Assembly: GCA_910577645.1 (NCBI GenBank)
Contig: CAJTOL010000017.1
Span: 696-64,695 of the forward strand
Source: an uncultured Lachnospiraceae bacterium
Lineage (GTDB): Bacteria > Bacillota > Clostridia > Lachnospirales > Lachnospiraceae
Direction of reading: 5' to 3'
DNA length: 64,000 bases
In this document: positions 62,313-64,000 of the stretch, piece by piece
Layout: each line of letters starts with the position of its first letter
Position numbering within the stretch: the first letter of the stretch is position 1
Made by a program: the position numbers and the translations under genes
The notes under the pieces: generated by a model
Told to the model about the DNA's origin: nothing
The model's input: only the letters and a program-made list of their open reading frames with translations
Databases searched by the model: none

Positions 62313-64000
62313 AGCAATGGAGGGAACGAAAAATCCAAAGCAGGGCAGACGCGGCAGAACTGCTTTTAGAAATAATCCGTCCTTTAAAAAAGTATTATAG
62401 TGATGGGAACAGCTGGCTTCATGTAGGAAATACCGGAGTTCATTATGGAGAAAAATCTGCCCGCATGGAAGCCTTTGCCAGAATTTTGTGGGGCCTGGGA
62501 CCTTTATGGTCTCAGGAAAGTCCCACATTGGCCCCGGCTTTAAAAGATGAGATTGAGGAATGGAAAAAGCGCTACCGGATCGGGATAATCCACGGAACCG
62601 ATCCCCGGCATCCGGAGTATTGGGGAGATTTGGAAGATTATGACCAAAAAATGGTTGAAATGGCCGCCATTGCATCAGCTGTCAGCCTGTCTCCTCAGAT
62701 TTTATGGGAGCCCCTGGAAGAGTGTCAGAAGGAACGGTTTTGTATTTGGATGAACCAGATTAACACGCATAAGGTACATGCCAATAACTGGAGATTTTTC
62801 CGAATTCTTGTGAATATGATGTTTCGGATTATTGGGCGTCCCTGGTCCCGTGAAAAGGCGGAGGAAGACTGGGCCGTGATTACAGAGTGCTATGAGGGTG
62901 ACGGCTGGTATCATGACGGAAACAGCGGACAATTGGATTATTATATTGCCTTCGCAATGCATTTTTATGGGCTTGTCTATGCCAGATTGATGGAAAAAGA
63001 AGATCCTGACAATTGTCTCATATTGAGAGAACGCGGAAAACAATTTGCACAGGATTTTATGTATTGGTTTGACACAGGGGGACGAGAACTGCCCTATGGA
63101 CGGAGTCTTACCTATCGCTTTGCTCACGGCGCCTTTTTTTCCGCCCTTGCTTTTGCCTGTGACGACGGTCTGGAATATGGGATTTTACGGCATTTAGCTG
63201 TAAGCAATCTGAAAGAATGGATTTGCCGCCCCATATTTGATAACGGAGGCGTACTTAGTGTAGGATATGGTTATCCCAATCTATTTATGAGTGAACGATA
63301 CAATGGCCAAGGTTCTCCTTATTGGGGCTTAAAAACATTTTTTATGCTTGCCCTGGAAGACGCTCATCCCTTCTGGACAGCACAGGAGAAGCAGCCTTCC
63401 TTTGATCTGGTGCGGCTTTTAGAGCATCCCCATATGCTAATCCTTCATCATAAAAACCATGTACAGTCATTTGTCACCGGACAGCATTGTCAAAACCATG
63501 GCTGTACTGCAGAGAAATACGAAAAATTCGTTTATTCTAATCAATTTGGATTCAGCGTATCCAGAGGACATGATCTGCGGGACGGGGCATTTGATAATAC
63601 ATTGGCTGTATCCCTGGCAGATGACAATTATTACCGAATGAAGTATGGTACAAAAGCTTTTGTTATAACCGGCCAGGCGGTGTTTTCCTCCTACAGTCTG
63701 ATGCCCGGCGTGGAAGCAGAAAGCGCCATAATCCCTTTAGGCGCCTGGCACATAAGAGTTCACCGTATTACTACTGATAAAGAAATTGATGTGGCTGACG
63801 GCGGTTTTTCCATTGAAGCAGAAGCATGTTCCCAAATTCAGCCCGGCTGCTTTTCCGGAAAATATACAGCGGCTCAAATTAAGCAGGAAAGCGGAAAAGT
63901 ATTTGCCTGCCTGCCATGGGGAATTAGTGGAGCCGTTTCTGTAAGCGGCGGCGGAAATGCGGTATTGGTAGACACATTTCCCAATACGAATCTGCTGTAT
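62306..64000 (+). CDS. DUF2264-family protein (partial, continues past the window end)
   Basis: The frame is open from ATG 62306 to the end of the window. It is absent from the ORF track, presumably because no stop is reached. ARILWGL, HANNWRFF, GDGWYHDG and LPYGRSLTYRFA are DUF2264-like. Confidence 0.7.
   Translation, partial: MLEQWRERKIQSRADAAELLLEIIRPLKKYYSDGNSWLHVGNTGVHYGEKSARMEAFARILWGLGPLWSQESPTLAPALKDEIEEWKKRYRIGIIHGTDPRHPEYWGDLEDYDQKMVEMAAIASAVSLSPQILWEPLEECQKERFCIWMNQINTHKVHANNWRFFRILVNMMFRIIGRPWSREKAEEDWAVITECYEGDGWYHDGNSGQLDYYIAFAMHFYGLVYARLMEKEDPDNCLILRERGKQFAQDFMYWFDTGGRELPYGRSLTYRFAHGAFFSALAFACDDGLEYGILRHLAVSNLKEWICRPIFDNGGVLSVGYGYPNLFMSERYNGQGSPYWGLKTFFMLALEDAHPFWTAQEKQPSFDLVRLLEHPHMLILHHKNHVQSFVTGQHCQNHGCTAEKYEKFVYSNQFGFSVSRGHDLRDGAFDNTLAVSLADDNYYRMKYGTKAFVITGQAVFSSYSLMPGVEAESAIIPLGAWHIRVHRITTDKEIDVADGGFSIEAEACSQIQPGCFSGKYTAAQIKQESGKVFACLPWGISGAVSVSGGGNAVLVDTFPNTNLLY

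Overview
This looks like a chromosomal segment of a low-to-medium GC Firmicute. The Clostridia or Lachnospiraceae-like assignment is inferred from gene content only, since I could not run a search. Most of the window is ordinary metabolism and transport, interrupted by at least four visibly AT-rich accessory patches.

(1) 1-4.1 kb: the right end of an integrated mobilizable-type element abutting tRNA-Gly/tRNA-Phe. It carries a membrane protein, an FtsK-like ATPase, a stem-loop with the circovirus-type nonanucleotide TAGTATTAC, a decayed CRESS-like Rep with an SF3 helicase, and a tyrosine integrase.

(2) 4.5-11.8 kb: a GlgX-like GH13 protein with every catalytic position substituted, two ABC-F ATPases, exonuclease III and a nitroreductase.

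(3) 11.8-22.4 kb: an organic-acid catabolic locus. It has a TAXI-TRAP transporter, an AroQ-like protein lacking the catalytic Tyr, an IolB/KduI-type isomerase, a KduD-like SDR, an Eda-VOC fusion, an M24 protein, a YheO-like regulator and a 2-hydroxyacid dehydrogenase.

(4) 22.6-27.0 kb: an operon of GlpA-like, FAD/NAD oxidoreductase, DUF1667 and LarA-like genes.

(5) 27.4-30.8 kb: an AT-rich regulatory remnant with ECF sigma, anti-sigma, XRE and small sigma-like genes.

(6) 30.8-33.8 kb: GntR, MATE and EFR1-type ferredoxin genes.

(7) 33.9-38.0 kb: a BcgI-like fused nuclease-methylase plus an S subunit, followed by HelD, a TfoX-C protein and a TrxB-like flavoprotein without the CxxC motif.

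(8) 42.0-52.9 kb: an island bracketed by diverged direct repeats of the trxB-like/araC junction. It contains a KAP-family NTPase next to a 1238-aa protein with no recognisable domain, which is my best candidate for an undescribed conflict or defence module. It also holds a frameshifted P-loop kinase and an MFS-LacI-hydrolase unit.

(9) 53.5-64 kb: a uronate-type polysaccharide utilisation locus with a membrane AraC sensor, an ABC importer, GH88, a 598-aa unknown and DUF2264, which is open at the window end.

I saw no rRNA, no CRISPR array and no transposase. All family assignments rest on motifs read by eye and remembered family signatures, not on searches.
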